A stretch of DNA of 64,000 nt from Patescibacteria group bacterium (GTDB lineage Bacteria; Patescibacteriota; Minisyncoccia; Phycocordibacterales; PALSA-1337). Below, piece by piece: positions 1 to 10,845 of this stretch (positions are counted from its first letter, which is position 1; every line of letters begins with the position of its first letter). The position numbers and the translations under genes were made by a program. The stretch is from assembly GCA_038061795.1 (NCBI GenBank), contig JBBTYL010000001.1:1801-65800 (forward strand), given 5' to 3'. Under the pieces are notes generated by a model, which ran no database searches, had not been told where the DNA came from, and saw only the letters and a program-made list of their open reading frames with translations.

Positions 1-3000
1 GAGTGCTACTGCGGAAAGTATCGTGGAATCCGATACAAGGGAATCGTCTGTGAAAAGTGCGGAGTTGAAATCACACGATCAATCGTCCGACGAGAGCGAA
101 TGGGGCACATCGAGCTTGCGACGCCGGTATCTCATATCTGGTTCCTTCGATCGATGCCGTCACGAATCGGACTTGTGCTCGGAATGACGACAGCAGACCT
201 CGAAAAAGTCGTTTATTTTGCCGGATACATCGTTACGAAGATCCATCAGGGCGAAAAGGACAGTTTCCTCAAAGAGCTTGATTCAGAATTCAGGACGAAA
301 GTGAAGGCTGCTCAGGACGAGAAGACCAAAGAGGCTCTGAAAGAGCTTGTCGTCACAGCACGAAAGGAAATCGAAAGCCTCGAGCCAGGTTTCGTCATGG
401 ACGAAGTCATGTATCACAAGTTCTCAATGAAGTACGGAGCACTTTTCGAGGCGAACATCGGAGCTGAAGCAATTTTTGAAATACTCAAGAAGACTGATCT
501 CAACAAGCTTCAAGCAGAACTCGAAGGAGAATTGCAGAAGGCAAGCTCACTTGAAAAGGAGAAGCTTTCAAAGCGAATCTCCTTAATCAAATCGATGATT
601 AAGTCAGGGACTCGCCCAGAGTGGATGTTTCTTACTCGAATTCCAGTTATTCCACCAGCATTGCGACCGATGGTTGCTCTCGATGGAGGACGATACGCAA
701 CATCAGATGTTAACGATCTTTACCGACGCGTCATCAACCGAAACAACCGTCTATTGAAATTGAAAGAGATCGATGCTCCAGACGTCATTCTCCGAAACGA
801 GAAGCGAATTCTTCAGGAAGCAGTCGATGCTCTTATCGACAACTCTATCCGACACGGCGCGGCTACAGGCGCAGCGGCCATACAGGCTCAGAAGCGAGCC
901 CTCAAGTCTCTTTCAGACAACCTGAAGAGCAAGCGAGGCCTCTTCCGACAGAATCTTCTCGGAAAGCGAGTGGACTATTCAGGACGATCGGTTATCGTCG
1001 TGGGACCAGAACTTGCGCTTGACCAGTGCGGACTTCCAAAGCACATGGCGCTTGAACTTTTCCGACCATTCGTCATTTCAGGACTCTTGAAGCGAGAACT
1101 CGCTTTCAATATCAGAGGCGCAGGACGACTCATAGATGACGGATCAAAGGAAGTCTGGGAAATCCTCGAAGAAGTGATCAAAGGCAAGTACGTTCTTCTT
1201 AACCGAGCACCTACGCTCCACCGACTCGGTATACAAGCCTTCCGACCAATCCTAATTGAGGGAAACGCTATTCAGGTGCACCCGCTCGTATGTACGGCTT
1301 TCAACGCTGACTTCGACGGAGACCAGATGGCCGTTCATGTTCCACTTGGAGTTGAAGCGCAGCTCGAGGCAAAGGAAATCATGGCGTCTGACAAGAACAT
1401 CCTCAAGCCAGGCAATGGAGATCCTACAGTCGTGGCGAAGCTTCTTGACATCGTGCTTGGATGTTTCTGGATCACAAAGACAGTTGATGGAGACAAAGGC
1501 GAGGGCAAGATTTTTGAAAGCCCGGAAGCTGCTCTTACCGCTCATAATTTCGACATTGCAACCTACAGAGCAAAGATAAAGATACTTCCTCCTGAAGATG
1601 CCAAGTACAAGCAGTTCGATGGAAAAATCTTCGAGACGACAATCGGAAGAATCCTTTTCAACGAAATGCTTCCTTCAGATTATCCTTTCATCAACAAAGA
1701 AATCGATCGAAAGAAGCTTTCAGCTATTATCGATGATTTGATCATCTCTCACGGAATTGAAAAGATTCCTGGAATCCTCGACGGAATCAAGAAGTTCGGA
1801 TTCAAGTACGCGACACATTCAGGAACAACATGGGGTATTGACGATGTTGTTATTCCAGAAGGAAAGAAAGAAGTCATTTCAAAAGCAAAGGCTCATTCAG
1901 AAGAAGTCATGCACCAGTTCGGCGAAGGACTCCTTACAGACGAAGAAAGACTCCGAAAGAATATCGAAATCTGGCACAAGGCAAAGAACGACGTCGAGAA
2001 GCTTATCCCAGGATCGCTTGATCGAATGGGATCAGTTTACGACATGGTCAACTCTGGAGCTCGAGGATCATATTCTCAGATTACTCAGATGGCAGGTATG
2101 AAGGGTCTTATTGCATCTACATCAGGAGAGACGATCGAATTCCCGATCCTCTCATGTTCAAAGGAAGGACTTACTCCGATTGAATATTTCATTACGACTC
2201 ACGGTTCTCGAAAGGGTCTTACCGACACAGCGCTCAACACAGCGAAAGCCGGTTACCTCACCCGAAAGCTCTTCGTCGTCGCGCAGGATGTCATGGTCAA
2301 TGAGGATGATTGCGGAACCAAGGAATCAATTACTATCAAGAAGCAGACAGCATCAGGCATCAGCATTCCTCTTTCAAAGAACATTCGAGGACGAGTGCTC
2401 GCTGAAGATCTCGCAGATACGTCTGGAAAAGTTCTATTCAAGAAGAATCATCTCCTCACTAAGCAGGAAGCGGTTCAGATCGAGGATGCGGGCGTAAGTG
2501 CGGTTCGAGTACGCTCACCACTCTCATGTAAGAGTATCCGAGGTGTTTGTGCTCAATGTTACGGAGTAGATCTCGGACGAAACAAGCTCGTTGATCTCGG
2601 TGAAGCAGTCGGAACAGTTGCAGGTCAGGCTATCGGAGAACCTGGAACACAGCTTACAATGCGAACATTCCACGCTGGAGGTACAGCGTCAGTCGGAGGA
2701 GATATCACTCAGGGTCTTCCACGAGTCGAAGAAATCTTCGAAAAGCGACGACCAAAGAACCCAGCTGTCGTTGCGACAGTCTCTGGAACAGTTACAGAGG
2801 TAAAGGATCTTGGAAAGGAGAAAGTCATCAAGATCATGCCAGAGCTCGAGGACCGAGCCAAGGGAAAGAAGGCAAGCGAGGTGGAGTATCTCTACAACAT
2901 CAAGCGAGTCCCTCTTGTGAAGGTTGGCGACAAGGTCAACAAGGGAGACATCATTACTGACGGTTCAGCAGATATCGATGAGAAGTTCGAATATGCAGGT

Positions 3001-3483
3001 GCAGAAAAAGCAAAGAACTACGTGATCAGCGAAGTCGGAAAGATTTACGAGCTTCAGGGAGAAACGGTGGCGCGAAAGCACATTGAGATCATCGTGAAGC
3101 AGATGTTCTCACGACGAAAAGTTACGAATTCCGGCGATACGAGCCTCGCAGAAGGAACTATCGTAGATGATACACAGCTTCAGGAAGAGAATGCGAAGGC
3201 AAAGGAAGCTGGAGGTTCAGGAGCAAAGGCAGAGCCAGTCGTGATGGGTATCACAGAAGTGTCACTCTCACGAAAGAGCTTCTTGTCAGCAGCGTCCTTC
3301 CAGCATACGACTCGAGTTCTCATCAACAGCGCCGTTCGAGGCAGCGAAGACGATCTCATTGGTCTTATGGAAAATGTCATCATCGGTCGCCTCATCCCAG
3401 CGGGTTCTGGATTCATGGGAAGCCCGAAGCAGAAGATGATCGAGACTGTTCAGCCTACGGAGGAGGAGATGAATAGCTACTAG
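1..3483 (+). CDS. rpoC: DNA-directed RNA polymerase subunit beta' (5' end cut by window edge)
   Basis: Frame 1 is open from base 1 (ECYCGKYRGIRYKGIVCEKCGVEI zinc motif) and runs into ORF 100..3483. The NADFDGDQM catalytic motif is present. Confidence 0.97.
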   Translation, partial: ECYCGKYRGIRYKGIVCEKCGVEITRSIVRRERMGHIELATPVSHIWFLRSMPSRIGLVLGMTTADLEKVVYFAGYIVTKIHQGEKDSFLKELDSEFRTKVKAAQDEKTKEALKELVVTARKEIESLEPGFVMDEVMYHKFSMKYGALFEANIGAEAIFEILKKTDLNKLQAELEGELQKASSLEKEKLSKRISLIKSMIKSGTRPEWMFLTRIPVIPPALRPMVALDGGRYATSDVNDLYRRVINRNNRLLKLKEIDAPDVILRNEKRILQEAVDALIDNSIRHGAATGAAAIQAQKRALKSLSDNLKSKRGLFRQNLLGKRVDYSGRSVIVVGPELALDQCGLPKHMALELFRPFVISGLLKRELAFNIRGAGRLIDDGSKEVWEILEEVIKGKYVLLNRAPTLHRLGIQAFRPILIEGNAIQVHPLVCTAFNADFDGDQMAVHVPLGVEAQLEAKEIMASDKNILKPGNGDPTVVAKLLDIVLGCFWITKTVDGDKGEGKIFESPEAALTAHNFDIATYRAKIKILPPEDAKYKQFDGKIFETTIGRILFNEMLPSDYPFINKEIDRKKLSAIIDDLIISHGIEKIPGILDGIKKFGFKYATHSGTTWGIDDVVIPEGKKEVISKAKAHSEEVMHQFGEGLLTDEERLRKNIEIWHKAKNDVEKLIPGSLDRMGSVYDMVNSGARGSYSQITQMAGMKGLIASTSGETIEFPILSCSKEGLTPIEYFITTHGSRKGLTDTALNTAKAGYLTRKLFVVAQDVMVNEDDCGTKESITIKKQTASGISIPLSKNIRGRVLAEDLADTSGKVLFKKNHLLTKQEAVQIEDAGVSAVRVRSPLSCKSIRGVCAQCYGVDLGRNKLVDLGEAVGTVAGQAIGEPGTQLTMRTFHAGGTASVGGDITQGLPRVEEIFEKRRPKNPAVVATVSGTVTEVKDLGKEKVIKIMPELEDRAKGKKASEVEYLYNIKRVPLVKVGDKVNKGDIITDGSADIDEKFEYAGAEKAKNYVISEVGKIYELQGETVARKHIEIIVKQMFSRRKVTNSGDTSLAEGTIVDDTQLQEENAKAKEAGGSGAKAEPVVMGITEVSLSRKSFLSAASFQHTTRVLINSAVRGSEDDLIGLMENVIIGRLIPAGSGFMGSPKQKMIETVQPTEEEMNSY

Positions 3484-3516
3484 CAAGGAAGATAGGATAA
3501 TTTAATAAAAGCGAAA

Positions 3517-3543
3517 AGAGCCCTAGAAATAGGGTTCTTTTTG
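3517..3543 (+). terminator. Rho-independent terminator after rpoC
   Basis: AGAGCCCTA-gaaa-TAGGGTTCT stem followed by a T-run. Confidence 0.8.
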
Positions 3544-3557
3544 TATGTGGACATCTA

Positions 3558-3587
3558 TTGACTTTTAGCTATAAATCGTGGTATAAT
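3558..3587 (+). promoter_or_regulatory. Sigma-70-type promoter
   Basis: TTGACT (3558-3563), 18-nt spacer, extended -10 TGgTATAAT (3579-3587). Confidence 0.65.
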
Positions 3588-3684
3588 ACATGCCAGTGAC
3601 GTAAGGAGATAGGTGTGCATCTCTTAAATAAAAACCCCAAGGGCCTCTGGCTCTCGCACACACTTTGAAAATTGGAGACTAGTT

Positions 3685-4155
3685 ATGAAACAAACAGGAA
3701 AATTACTCGTAGCTCAGCTTTTGCTGATTGCTGCAATTATCGCTGCTGGCGTCATGTTCGCTGTTTACCATCCGCTAGTCAAACTGGAGGAGGTAGGCAG
3801 AGTTCATGTCCAAGATTATGGTCCCTGGACTGGCTATACAGTGTTCACTGATTCCGAAAATGGAAACCCTGCCTGGTGCGAACTTCCGATGTGGGTACAA
3901 AATGATCGCCAGGGCAAACCAATGTGGGGCTACGTGCTGGTGAATGAGACCAGCTCGATCCAATACCTCAAACAGGTCCTTGGAATGGAGCTCATTCCGT
4001 TTGGAAACTTTGCTGATCAAAAGTATCTTAATAATCGTGTGCTCGCACCATTCTATGCAGGCGACACTAACTACTGGGATCCGATCAAAAGGGATTACGT
4101 TTCGACGGAGCCTAAAAAGTTCTTCGTCATTGTTTCCCTCAGCAAAAAAACTTAG
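3685..4155 (+). CDS. Hypothetical membrane-anchored protein
   Basis: GGAG RBS upstream, N-terminal hydrophobic helix (LLVAQLLLIAAIIAAGVMFAV), own promoter and terminator. No family recognised. Confidence 0.7.
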   Translation: MKQTGKLLVAQLLLIAAIIAAGVMFAVYHPLVKLEEVGRVHVQDYGPWTGYTVFTDSENGNPAWCELPMWVQNDRQGKPMWGYVLVNETSSIQYLKQVLGMELIPFGNFADQKYLNNRVLAPFYAGDTNYWDPIKRDYVSTEPKKFFVIVSLSKKT

Positions 4156-4179
4156 CCTGACACTTCAATCTTTCAGGCG

Positions 4180-4212
4180 ACCCGGCTTCCGTCACACGAG
4201 GCTGGGTTTTTT
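4180..4212 (+). terminator. Rho-independent terminator
   Basis: ACCCGGC...GCTGGGT stem followed by TTTTTT. Confidence 0.65.
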
Positions 4213-4231
4213 CTTTGCCTAAAAGATAGGA

Positions 4232-4261
4232 TTGACATCACTCCAAGTCTTATGATATAAA
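4232..4261 (+). promoter_or_regulatory. Sigma-70-type promoter
   Basis: TTGACA (4232-4237), 18-nt spacer, TGaTATAAA. Confidence 0.55.
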
Positions 4262-4308
4262 TCCGTAAACACCGCACCCACGAAAATCAACAACCCAGCA
4301 AAGGAAAC

Positions 4309-4548
4309 ATGACGATCTCGCGAAATTTGGAGCAGTTTTCAGCCCAAGATGCTCTCGGTCTTTTTAGATCGACGCATGTTGCGCTACAGCAAAGCAATCT
4401 CAGTGACTCAGAGATTACAGAACTCGAATCGGTAAAGGTAGCCGCAGTCGCTCGAATCAAAGCGGCCTGCGCTGGAGCACCAAACGATCTGACTTACTTC
4501 CGGTCGCAAGTCCACCACATGGACTACCGCGCCTGGCCAAAAGCCTGA
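4309..4548 (+). CDS. Hypothetical small protein (79 aa)
   Basis: AAGGA RBS, own promoter, and a GAGCAGCTC/GAGCTGCT hairpin terminator downstream. No family recognised. Confidence 0.55.
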   Translation: MTISRNLEQFSAQDALGLFRSTHVALQQSNLSDSEITELESVKVAAVARIKAACAGAPNDLTYFRSQVHHMDYRAWPKA

Positions 4549-4629
4549 ATCAAAGCAAAAACAACACAGGAGCAGCTCTAACCATGAGCTGCTTTCTTTT
4601 GCTTTTTAATCGTATATACTGTATTCACT

Positions 4630-6399
4630 ATGTCATCTACCAGCGTCGAGAAAATCAAGGAACGGCTCGGTATAGAGGAAGTTGTCAGTTCGTATGTAAA
4701 GCTTGATCGCGCTGGGAAAAATCTCAAAGGGAAGTGCCCTTTTCATAATGAGAAAACCCCGTCATTCTATGTGACTCCAGAACGAGGAAGCTACCACTGT
4801 TTCGGTTGCGGAGCAGGAGGAGATATTTTTACTTTCGTACAGCAATTCGAAGGCCTCGATTTTATGGGGTCGCTCAAACTTCTCGCGGATCGTGCTGGAG
4901 TGAAGCTTGAGTTCGATAAGGCGAGCGAAGTTCATAAAAGCGAGAAGGAACGATTGCTCGCGATCATGGAGGAGGCAACAGTTTTCTTTGAAGAAGGCTT
5001 GGCTCATTCTGCAGCTGCACGGGATTATCTGAAGGGTAGAGGAATCACTGAAGCGACCGCAAAGAAATTCAGGATCGGATTTATTCCTGCTGATTGGCGG
5101 CTCTTATTTACTTATTTGAAATCAAAAAAATACTCTGATACAGACGTTGAGAAAGCCGGCTTGATTAAAAAACCCGATGAAAAAGGAAAGGAGTACTACG
5201 ACCGTTTCCGCGGGCGAGTGATGTTTCCGATTTCAGATTCAAGCGGACGGGTCATCGCGTTTTCTGGACGTATTCTCGTTGACGATGGAAAGTCAGCAAA
5301 GTATCTCAACAGTCCTGATACGGTTCTTTTTAATAAATCAACAGTGCTTTATGGAATAGACAAGGCAAAGCAGGATATCCGCATCAAAAATTACTCTATT
5401 CTTGTTGAGGGGCAAATGGATCTCGTGCTTTCGCACCAAGCAGGAATCAAAAATACAGTTGCTGTCTCTGGAACCGCTCTCGCTGATACGCTTGTATCAA
5501 AAGAAAATATCGTAAATAACCTTGGAATCATTAAACGACTTTCAAACAATATCATTCTCGCGTTTGATTCCGACAACGCAGGACGAAAAGCAGCAATGCG
5601 TTCTGCAAGTATTGCGATGAGTCTTGGAATGGACGTAAAAATCGCCGACTTGCCAGAAGGAAAAGATCCAGCCGACCTTGTCTTAGCCGACCCTGAACAA
5701 TGGAAGCAGGTCTTGCGGAATTCTAAGCCTGTGGTAGAATTTCAGCTTAATACTGTGCTTTTACAGAACCTTGATCCTCGCAAAGTGCCCAAGGCACTTC
5801 AGGACAATGTATTTCCATTTATTGCTCCTCTTACAGGTGCGATGGAAAAGGCACATTATATTAAGTTGATAAAGGAGAAGACAGGGCTATCCGAAGATGC
5901 CATCAGGGAAGATCTTGCGAAAACCGAGGCTTCCCTGAAAAGTGTCGTGGCTGAAGTCAGGAATGTTGAACAGATGAAAACTGCTTCGACCCGGCTTGAT
6001 GCCATTGTTCGGAAGCTTTTCAGCTCGCTTTATTACTTGGATAAGAATCCAATTTCCGGCATTGATATTGATAGCCATAGAGCTACGATCAAAAAAATCG
6101 CCGGCGACAGGTACGACAATTTAATAAAAGGCATGGAGCCGTTAAAGAACGAGCTTTTGCTAGAAGCAGAAGTGACTTTCGGTTCGAATGCCAACATTAA
6201 GGATTTCCAAAGAGATCTGAATGAACTCGTATTTAATTTTGAGGAAGATATTGTGCGCCAAGAATTCTCCGAGGCGATGGATCAGCTCATGAAAGCGGAG
6301 CGTCAGAAGGATGACAAGAATATTGCCGTTCTTACGGAAAAGATGACTGTCCTTACGAAAAGGGTAAATGAATTATCAAAGAAGAAGCATACAATTTAA
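4630..6399 (+). CDS. dnaG: DNA primase
   Basis: CHC2 zinc finger (CPFHNEKTPSFYV...CFGCGAGGD) and Toprim EGQMD motif. Confidence 0.95.
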   Translation: MSSTSVEKIKERLGIEEVVSSYVKLDRAGKNLKGKCPFHNEKTPSFYVTPERGSYHCFGCGAGGDIFTFVQQFEGLDFMGSLKLLADRAGVKLEFDKASEVHKSEKERLLAIMEEATVFFEEGLAHSAAARDYLKGRGITEATAKKFRIGFIPADWRLLFTYLKSKKYSDTDVEKAGLIKKPDEKGKEYYDRFRGRVMFPISDSSGRVIAFSGRILVDDGKSAKYLNSPDTVLFNKSTVLYGIDKAKQDIRIKNYSILVEGQMDLVLSHQAGIKNTVAVSGTALADTLVSKENIVNNLGIIKRLSNNIILAFDSDNAGRKAAMRSASIAMSLGMDVKIADLPEGKDPADLVLADPEQWKQVLRNSKPVVEFQLNTVLLQNLDPRKVPKALQDNVFPFIAPLTGAMEKAHYIKLIKEKTGLSEDAIREDLAKTEASLKSVVAEVRNVEQMKTASTRLDAIVRKLFSSLYYLDKNPISGIDIDSHRATIKKIAGDRYDNLIKGMEPLKNELLLEAEVTFGSNANIKDFQRDLNELVFNFEEDIVRQEFSEAMDQLMKAERQKDDKNIAVLTEKMTVLTKRVNELSKKKHTI

Positions 6400-6402
6400 A
6401 TC

Positions 6403-7632
6403 ATGAAGAAAAAAAATAAGCCGGGAAAAAAGGCCGTAAAGAGAGCCAAAAAAGTGCCAGCGAAAAAAGTAGCCAATAAATCGAAGAAGGCCGTCAGGAA
6501 AGCAGTCAAGGTAAAAGCGCCCGCAAAGGGCAGCGCAAAGCAGAATAAGAACAAGGAATTCGAGAATAAGGCGAATAAGCTTATAAGCAAGGGAAAGGAG
6601 AGAGGCTTTGTCACCTATGACGAGATTCTGAAGGAATTTCCAAATATCGAGCAGGATATTACATTCCTTGATGATCTCTATACGAAATTTTCTACGTCAG
6701 GCATTGATGTGCTCGAAGGAGGAGGTCTTTTGGAAATGGAACCTGAAGTGCATGCCGCACCGAAAAAGTATTCATATGGCGCGCGAAGCAGCGATTCGTC
6801 ATATGACTCTATCCAGATGTATTTGAAGGAAATCGGACAATATGCGCTTATCTCAGCAAGCAATGAAAAGGAGCTTGCGCGAAGGATCGAAGCAGGGGAT
6901 AAGGAAGCAAAAAACCTTCTTGCTCGAGCAAACCTTCGACTTGTGGTTTCTATTGCAAAGAAATACGTAGGACGATCACCAGACCTCACACTTCTCGATC
7001 TTATCCAAGAGGGAAACCTCGGTCTTTTCAAGGCTGTCGACAAGTTCGATTGGACGAAGGGTTATAAGTTCTCAACCTATGCGACATGGTGGATCCGACA
7101 GGCAATCACTCGAGCGCTCGCTGACCAGTCACGAACCATCCGCGTACCAGTGCACATGGTGGAGACAATCGCGAAGTACAAGCAGGTTGTACGACGACTT
7201 ACTCAGGACCTCGGACGAGACCCTCTTGCAGAGGAAATTGCAACAGAAATGGGACTTGATGTGGAGAAGATTTACAATATCGAAAAGATCGACCAGGATG
7301 TCGTTTCTCTAGAAAGCCCGGTCGGAGATGATAGCGATGATGGAAAATCAACGCTCGGAGACTTCCTTTTCGACGACAAGATTCTTTCTCCAGACCAGGA
7401 ATCTTCACGAAGAATTCTTCGAGATCAGGTCAATACGATCTTGAATGACTTATCAGAAAAGGAAAAGAAAATCCTCGAGATGCGGCACGGACTCAATGAC
7501 GGCATCACACACACGCTCGAAGAAGTGGGTAAGGAATTTGGCGTTACTCGAGAGCGAATCCGACAGATTGAAGCTAAGGCACACGAGAAGATTCGACAGC
7601 ACGAGAATATAAACAGGCTCAAGAACTACTAG
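6403..7632 (+). CDS. rpoD: RNA polymerase sigma-70 factor with lysine-rich N-terminal tail
   Basis: Regions 2-4 are recognisable ([33 protein letters not shown]). The first ~50 aa are K/A/P-rich. Confidence 0.93.
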   Translation: MKKKNKPGKKAVKRAKKVPAKKVANKSKKAVRKAVKVKAPAKGSAKQNKNKEFENKANKLISKGKERGFVTYDEILKEFPNIEQDITFLDDLYTKFSTSGIDVLEGGGLLEMEPEVHAAPKKYSYGARSSDSSYDSIQMYLKEIGQYALISASNEKELARRIEAGDKEAKNLLARANLRLVVSIAKKYVGRSPDLTLLDLIQEGNLGLFKAVDKFDWTKGYKFSTYATWWIRQAITRALADQSRTIRVPVHMVETIAKYKQVVRRLTQDLGRDPLAEEIATEMGLDVEKIYNIEKIDQDVVSLESPVGDDSDDGKSTLGDFLFDDKILSPDQESSRRILRDQVNTILNDLSEKEKKILEMRHGLNDGITHTLEEVGKEFGVTRERIRQIEAKAHEKIRQHENINRLKNY

Positions 7633-7648
7633 ATAAAATAAAAAAAAC

Positions 7649-7692
7649 AACAGCCGCGTATCCCGAAAGGAGCGCGGCTTGTTCGTTATTTT
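7649..7692 (+). terminator. Rho-independent terminator after rpoD
   Basis: AACAGCCGCG...CGCGGCTTGTT stem followed by a T-rich run. Confidence 0.7.
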
Positions 7693-7911
7693 TCAGATTT
7701 TTTTTCCTTTGGTTGATCTGTTTGATGATTTCTTTTCTTCTGGATTTCTTCAGCTTCCCGTTTTTTTCTTTTCTCATCCAGAATGACCATCGTCAAGTGA
7801 TGCAAGGTTGAACCAGTAAGATCCCTCATAAGAGCGCTATTTCATTGGTTTGACCGATGTTTACTGCTCATTACTCTACGCCTAAATTTACCTTTTGGCA
7901 ATGCTCGAAAA

Positions 7912-10845
7912 ATGGCGATGCTGTATAATACAAACATGCAAAAAGCCGATACGAACCTCGAATTCGAAACCCTCTACAAACGCCTCAATGTCGCTCAGAA
8001 AAGAGCAGTCGACACTATAGAAGGCCCAGTCATGGTCATCGCTGGACCAGGAACTGGAAAGACTTCTATTCTAACTTTGCGTATTGCTAATATTTTAAAA
8101 AAGACGGATACAGCTCCAGAAAATATTCTTGCACTTACATTCACCGAATCAGGCGCTTATGCGATACGGAAGAAACTTGTTAGCATCATTGGCACAGCGG
8201 GATACAAAGTGAATATAAATACATTCCACGGTTTTTGTAATGAAGTCATTAAACAGTATCCAGAACGATTTCCCCGCATCATCGGCTCTATGGCGATTAC
8301 CGATATCGACCAGATTGCGATCATGGAAAAGATTATCGAATCGACTGATCTCGAACTTCTGAAGCCTTACGGTGATGCCTTTTTCTATGCAAAGCCGGCT
8401 CTTGGTGAAATTCGCAATCTGAAAAGGGAAGCTATCGGAGTTGACGATTTTGCGAAGATAATTAAGAAGCAGGAAAAAGAATTCGAAGACGCTCCAGACA
8501 TGGTGCACACCAAGGGTGCGCATAAGGGCAAAATGAAAGGCGAATTCATAAAGCAGAAGGAGCGAATCGAAAAGAACAAAGAACTCCTCAAGCTTTACGA
8601 TGCCTATGAAAAAGCGCTCGTAAAAGAAAAATTCTACGATTTCGAAGACATGATCGTCGAGGTAATAAAGACACTTAAAAAAGATGAAGATCTGCTGCTC
8701 ATGCTTCAGGAATCATACCAATACATCATGGCTGATGAGCATCAGGATGCCAACAATGCACAGAATGCGGTTCTCGAGCTGCTTTCCAATTTTCACAAGA
8801 ATCCGAATCTTTTTATCGTCGGAGACGAGAAGCAGGCCATTTTCCGCTTCCAGGGCGCATCGCTTGAGAACTTTCTTTATTTCCAGAAGCTCTATCCGGA
8901 TGCTGCGCTTGTACATCTTGAGGATAACTATCGCTCGACGCAGAATATTCTTGATGCATCGCATTCGCTCATCTCGAATAACACGATGCCTGAAGGACAT
9001 CAGCGCATTTCTCTCAAATCAAAAGCAGAGAAGGGTAAGGAACCGGTTCACATCGTTGAATGCCAGACCATCGATGGCGAGTACGCTTTTCTCATAAAAG
9101 ACATTCAAGCAAAAATAAAAGCTGGCGCAAGACCAGATGAAATCGCAATCCTGTATCGCGACAACAAGGATGCTTTCCCGATTGCCCACGCATTTGAAAA
9201 AACACCGATTTCATTTAGGATCGAGAGTGATAACGATATCCTGAAAGACGAGCATATCCGCAAGCTTCTTATTATTCTTGAGACCATAAATAACTTGGCA
9301 GTAGAAGAGACTTTGGGAATGTCGCTTTTTGTAGATTTTCTCGGGCTGGAAGCGATAGAGATATATCGAGCATTCGACCAAGCACGAAAGGAAAAGCGGC
9401 CGCTCATTGATATCGTTACAGAAAAATTCCCAACGATTTCGAAAAAGCTTTCATTGTGGGCCCACGCCGCGCACAACAAGACATTCATCGAAGTCTTCGA
9501 GATTGTTATCCGAGAATCAGGCTATCTCGAATTCGCTCTTTCCAGCATTGACTCCTTCGAACGAATGGCGACCCTTGAGGCATTTTTCAGCGAATTAAGA
9601 AAATTAGCAGGCGCACGGAAGGAATATTATCTCAAGGACTTCATCGAGCATCTCACGCGGGTTCGCGAACATGGAATTCTCACGAAAACAGGGAAAGGAA
9701 TTCTCAAGGAAGGAGTACGGTTCATGACGGCGCATAAATCAAAAGGACTTGAATTTGATTTTGTTTATATTGTCGGAGCTTTTGATGGGCATTGGGGCAA
9801 CAAGGCGCGAAGGACTTTTTTCAAGACGATTGCGAATACGGAGACAGGCATCGATGATGAGCGTAGGCTCTTCTATGTCGCTCTCACTCGTGCTCGGAAA
9901 GAAGTGACCATCACATATGCGAAAGAAAATTATGACGGCAAGGAGCTTTTGCCGGCGCAATTCATAAGCGAAATTTCCGATGAGTTTAAAAAAGTCGATC
10001 AGGCAGAGCAGGGAACAGACACGCCGCTTCGCTTCAAGGAATCAATCGTCCATGAACACCATGAGATCAAGAATAAGGAATACTTGCGGCAGCTTTTTCT
10101 TGAGCAAGGTCTTTCGGTTACTGCGCTCAATAATTATCTGAAATGCCCGTGGGAATACTTCTTTGTGAATCTAGTGCGCCTGCCGAAAGCCCAAAGCAAG
10201 CATCAGATGTACGGTACGGCCATGCATGAGACGCTGAAAACCTTTTTCGACAAATACCGAGAAGATCAGGATATGAGCAAGAAAGAGCTCATTGAACTAT
10301 TCGAGTTTAATGCTCGTAAAACCCTTCTTTCCCCATTGGACCTAAAAGAGAGCCTGAAGAAGGGAAAAGAGGCTCTGGAAGGCTATTTTGAGGCTTACAA
10401 AGGCTCTTGGAACCGTCATTTATTGACAGAATACAGCATACGAGGAGTGCATCTGCCCATAGGCGACTTTGATCTGCTTTTGAAGGGAAATTTGGATAAA
10501 ATCGAGATCATCAATGATCGTGATGTGAACGTCATCGACTACAAAACTGGCAAGAGAAAATCAGGGAACAAGGAGAACTATGTCCGGCAGCTAACGTTTT
10601 ACAAATTGCTTTTGAACCTGGATGAAAAGAAAAAATATGTAATGAAATCCGGCGAACTGGATTTCATTGAAGCCGATGACAAAGGGAAGCAAAAAAAAGA
10701 TGTCTTTGATATTTCTGATGCGCAGATAGAGGAATTGGTCACGCTCATCAAAGAAAAAGCGAAGGAGATTTACACATTCTCATTCTGGGATAGGAGCTGT
10801 GAGGAAAAAGATTGCGAATACTGCAAGCTTGGCAGAATTCTCTAA
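7912..10845 (+). CDS. UvrD/PcrA-like helicase fused to a C-terminal PD-(D/E)XK (RecB-type) nuclease
   Basis: Walker A GPGTGKTS, DEHQD box, and C-terminal LDKIE...VIDYKTGK...QLTFYKLL nuclease motifs plus a Cys cluster CEEKDCEYC. The likely true start is ATG 7936 (TATAAT at 7924-7929). Confidence 0.85.
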   Translation: MAMLYNTNMQKADTNLEFETLYKRLNVAQKRAVDTIEGPVMVIAGPGTGKTSILTLRIANILKKTDTAPENILALTFTESGAYAIRKKLVSIIGTAGYKVNINTFHGFCNEVIKQYPERFPRIIGSMAITDIDQIAIMEKIIESTDLELLKPYGDAFFYAKPALGEIRNLKREAIGVDDFAKIIKKQEKEFEDAPDMVHTKGAHKGKMKGEFIKQKERIEKNKELLKLYDAYEKALVKEKFYDFEDMIVEVIKTLKKDEDLLLMLQESYQYIMADEHQDANNAQNAVLELLSNFHKNPNLFIVGDEKQAIFRFQGASLENFLYFQKLYPDAALVHLEDNYRSTQNILDASHSLISNNTMPEGHQRISLKSKAEKGKEPVHIVECQTIDGEYAFLIKDIQAKIKAGARPDEIAILYRDNKDAFPIAHAFEKTPISFRIESDNDILKDEHIRKLLIILETINNLAVEETLGMSLFVDFLGLEAIEIYRAFDQARKEKRPLIDIVTEKFPTISKKLSLWAHAAHNKTFIEVFEIVIRESGYLEFALSSIDSFERMATLEAFFSELRKLAGARKEYYLKDFIEHLTRVREHGILTKTGKGILKEGVRFMTAHKSKGLEFDFVYIVGAFDGHWGNKARRTFFKTIANTETGIDDERRLFYVALTRARKEVTITYAKENYDGKELLPAQFISEISDEFKKVDQAEQGTDTPLRFKESIVHEHHEIKNKEYLRQLFLEQGLSVTALNNYLKCPWEYFFVNLVRLPKAQSKHQMYGTAMHETLKTFFDKYREDQDMSKKELIELFEFNARKTLLSPLDLKESLKKGKEALEGYFEAYKGSWNRHLLTEYSIRGVHLPIGDFDLLLKGNLDKIEIINDRDVNVIDYKTGKRKSGNKENYVRQLTFYKLLLNLDEKKKYVMKSGELDFIEADDKGKQKKDVFDISDAQIEELVTLIKEKAKEIYTFSFWDRSCEEKDCEYCKLGRIL

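Noticed and set aside
6396-6614. A 72-aa minus-strand ORF (FLFF-rich) at the dnaG/rpoD junction.
   Set aside because: It is the antisense reading of the lysine-codon-rich rpoD 5' end and is a low-complexity artefact.
7686-7829. A 47-codon minus-strand ORF (MRDLTGSTLHHLTMVILDEKRKKREAEE...) in the rpoD/helicase spacer.
   Set aside because: It has no RBS or clear promoter and a low-complexity K/E-rich product, so support is insufficient. It could still be a real small protein.
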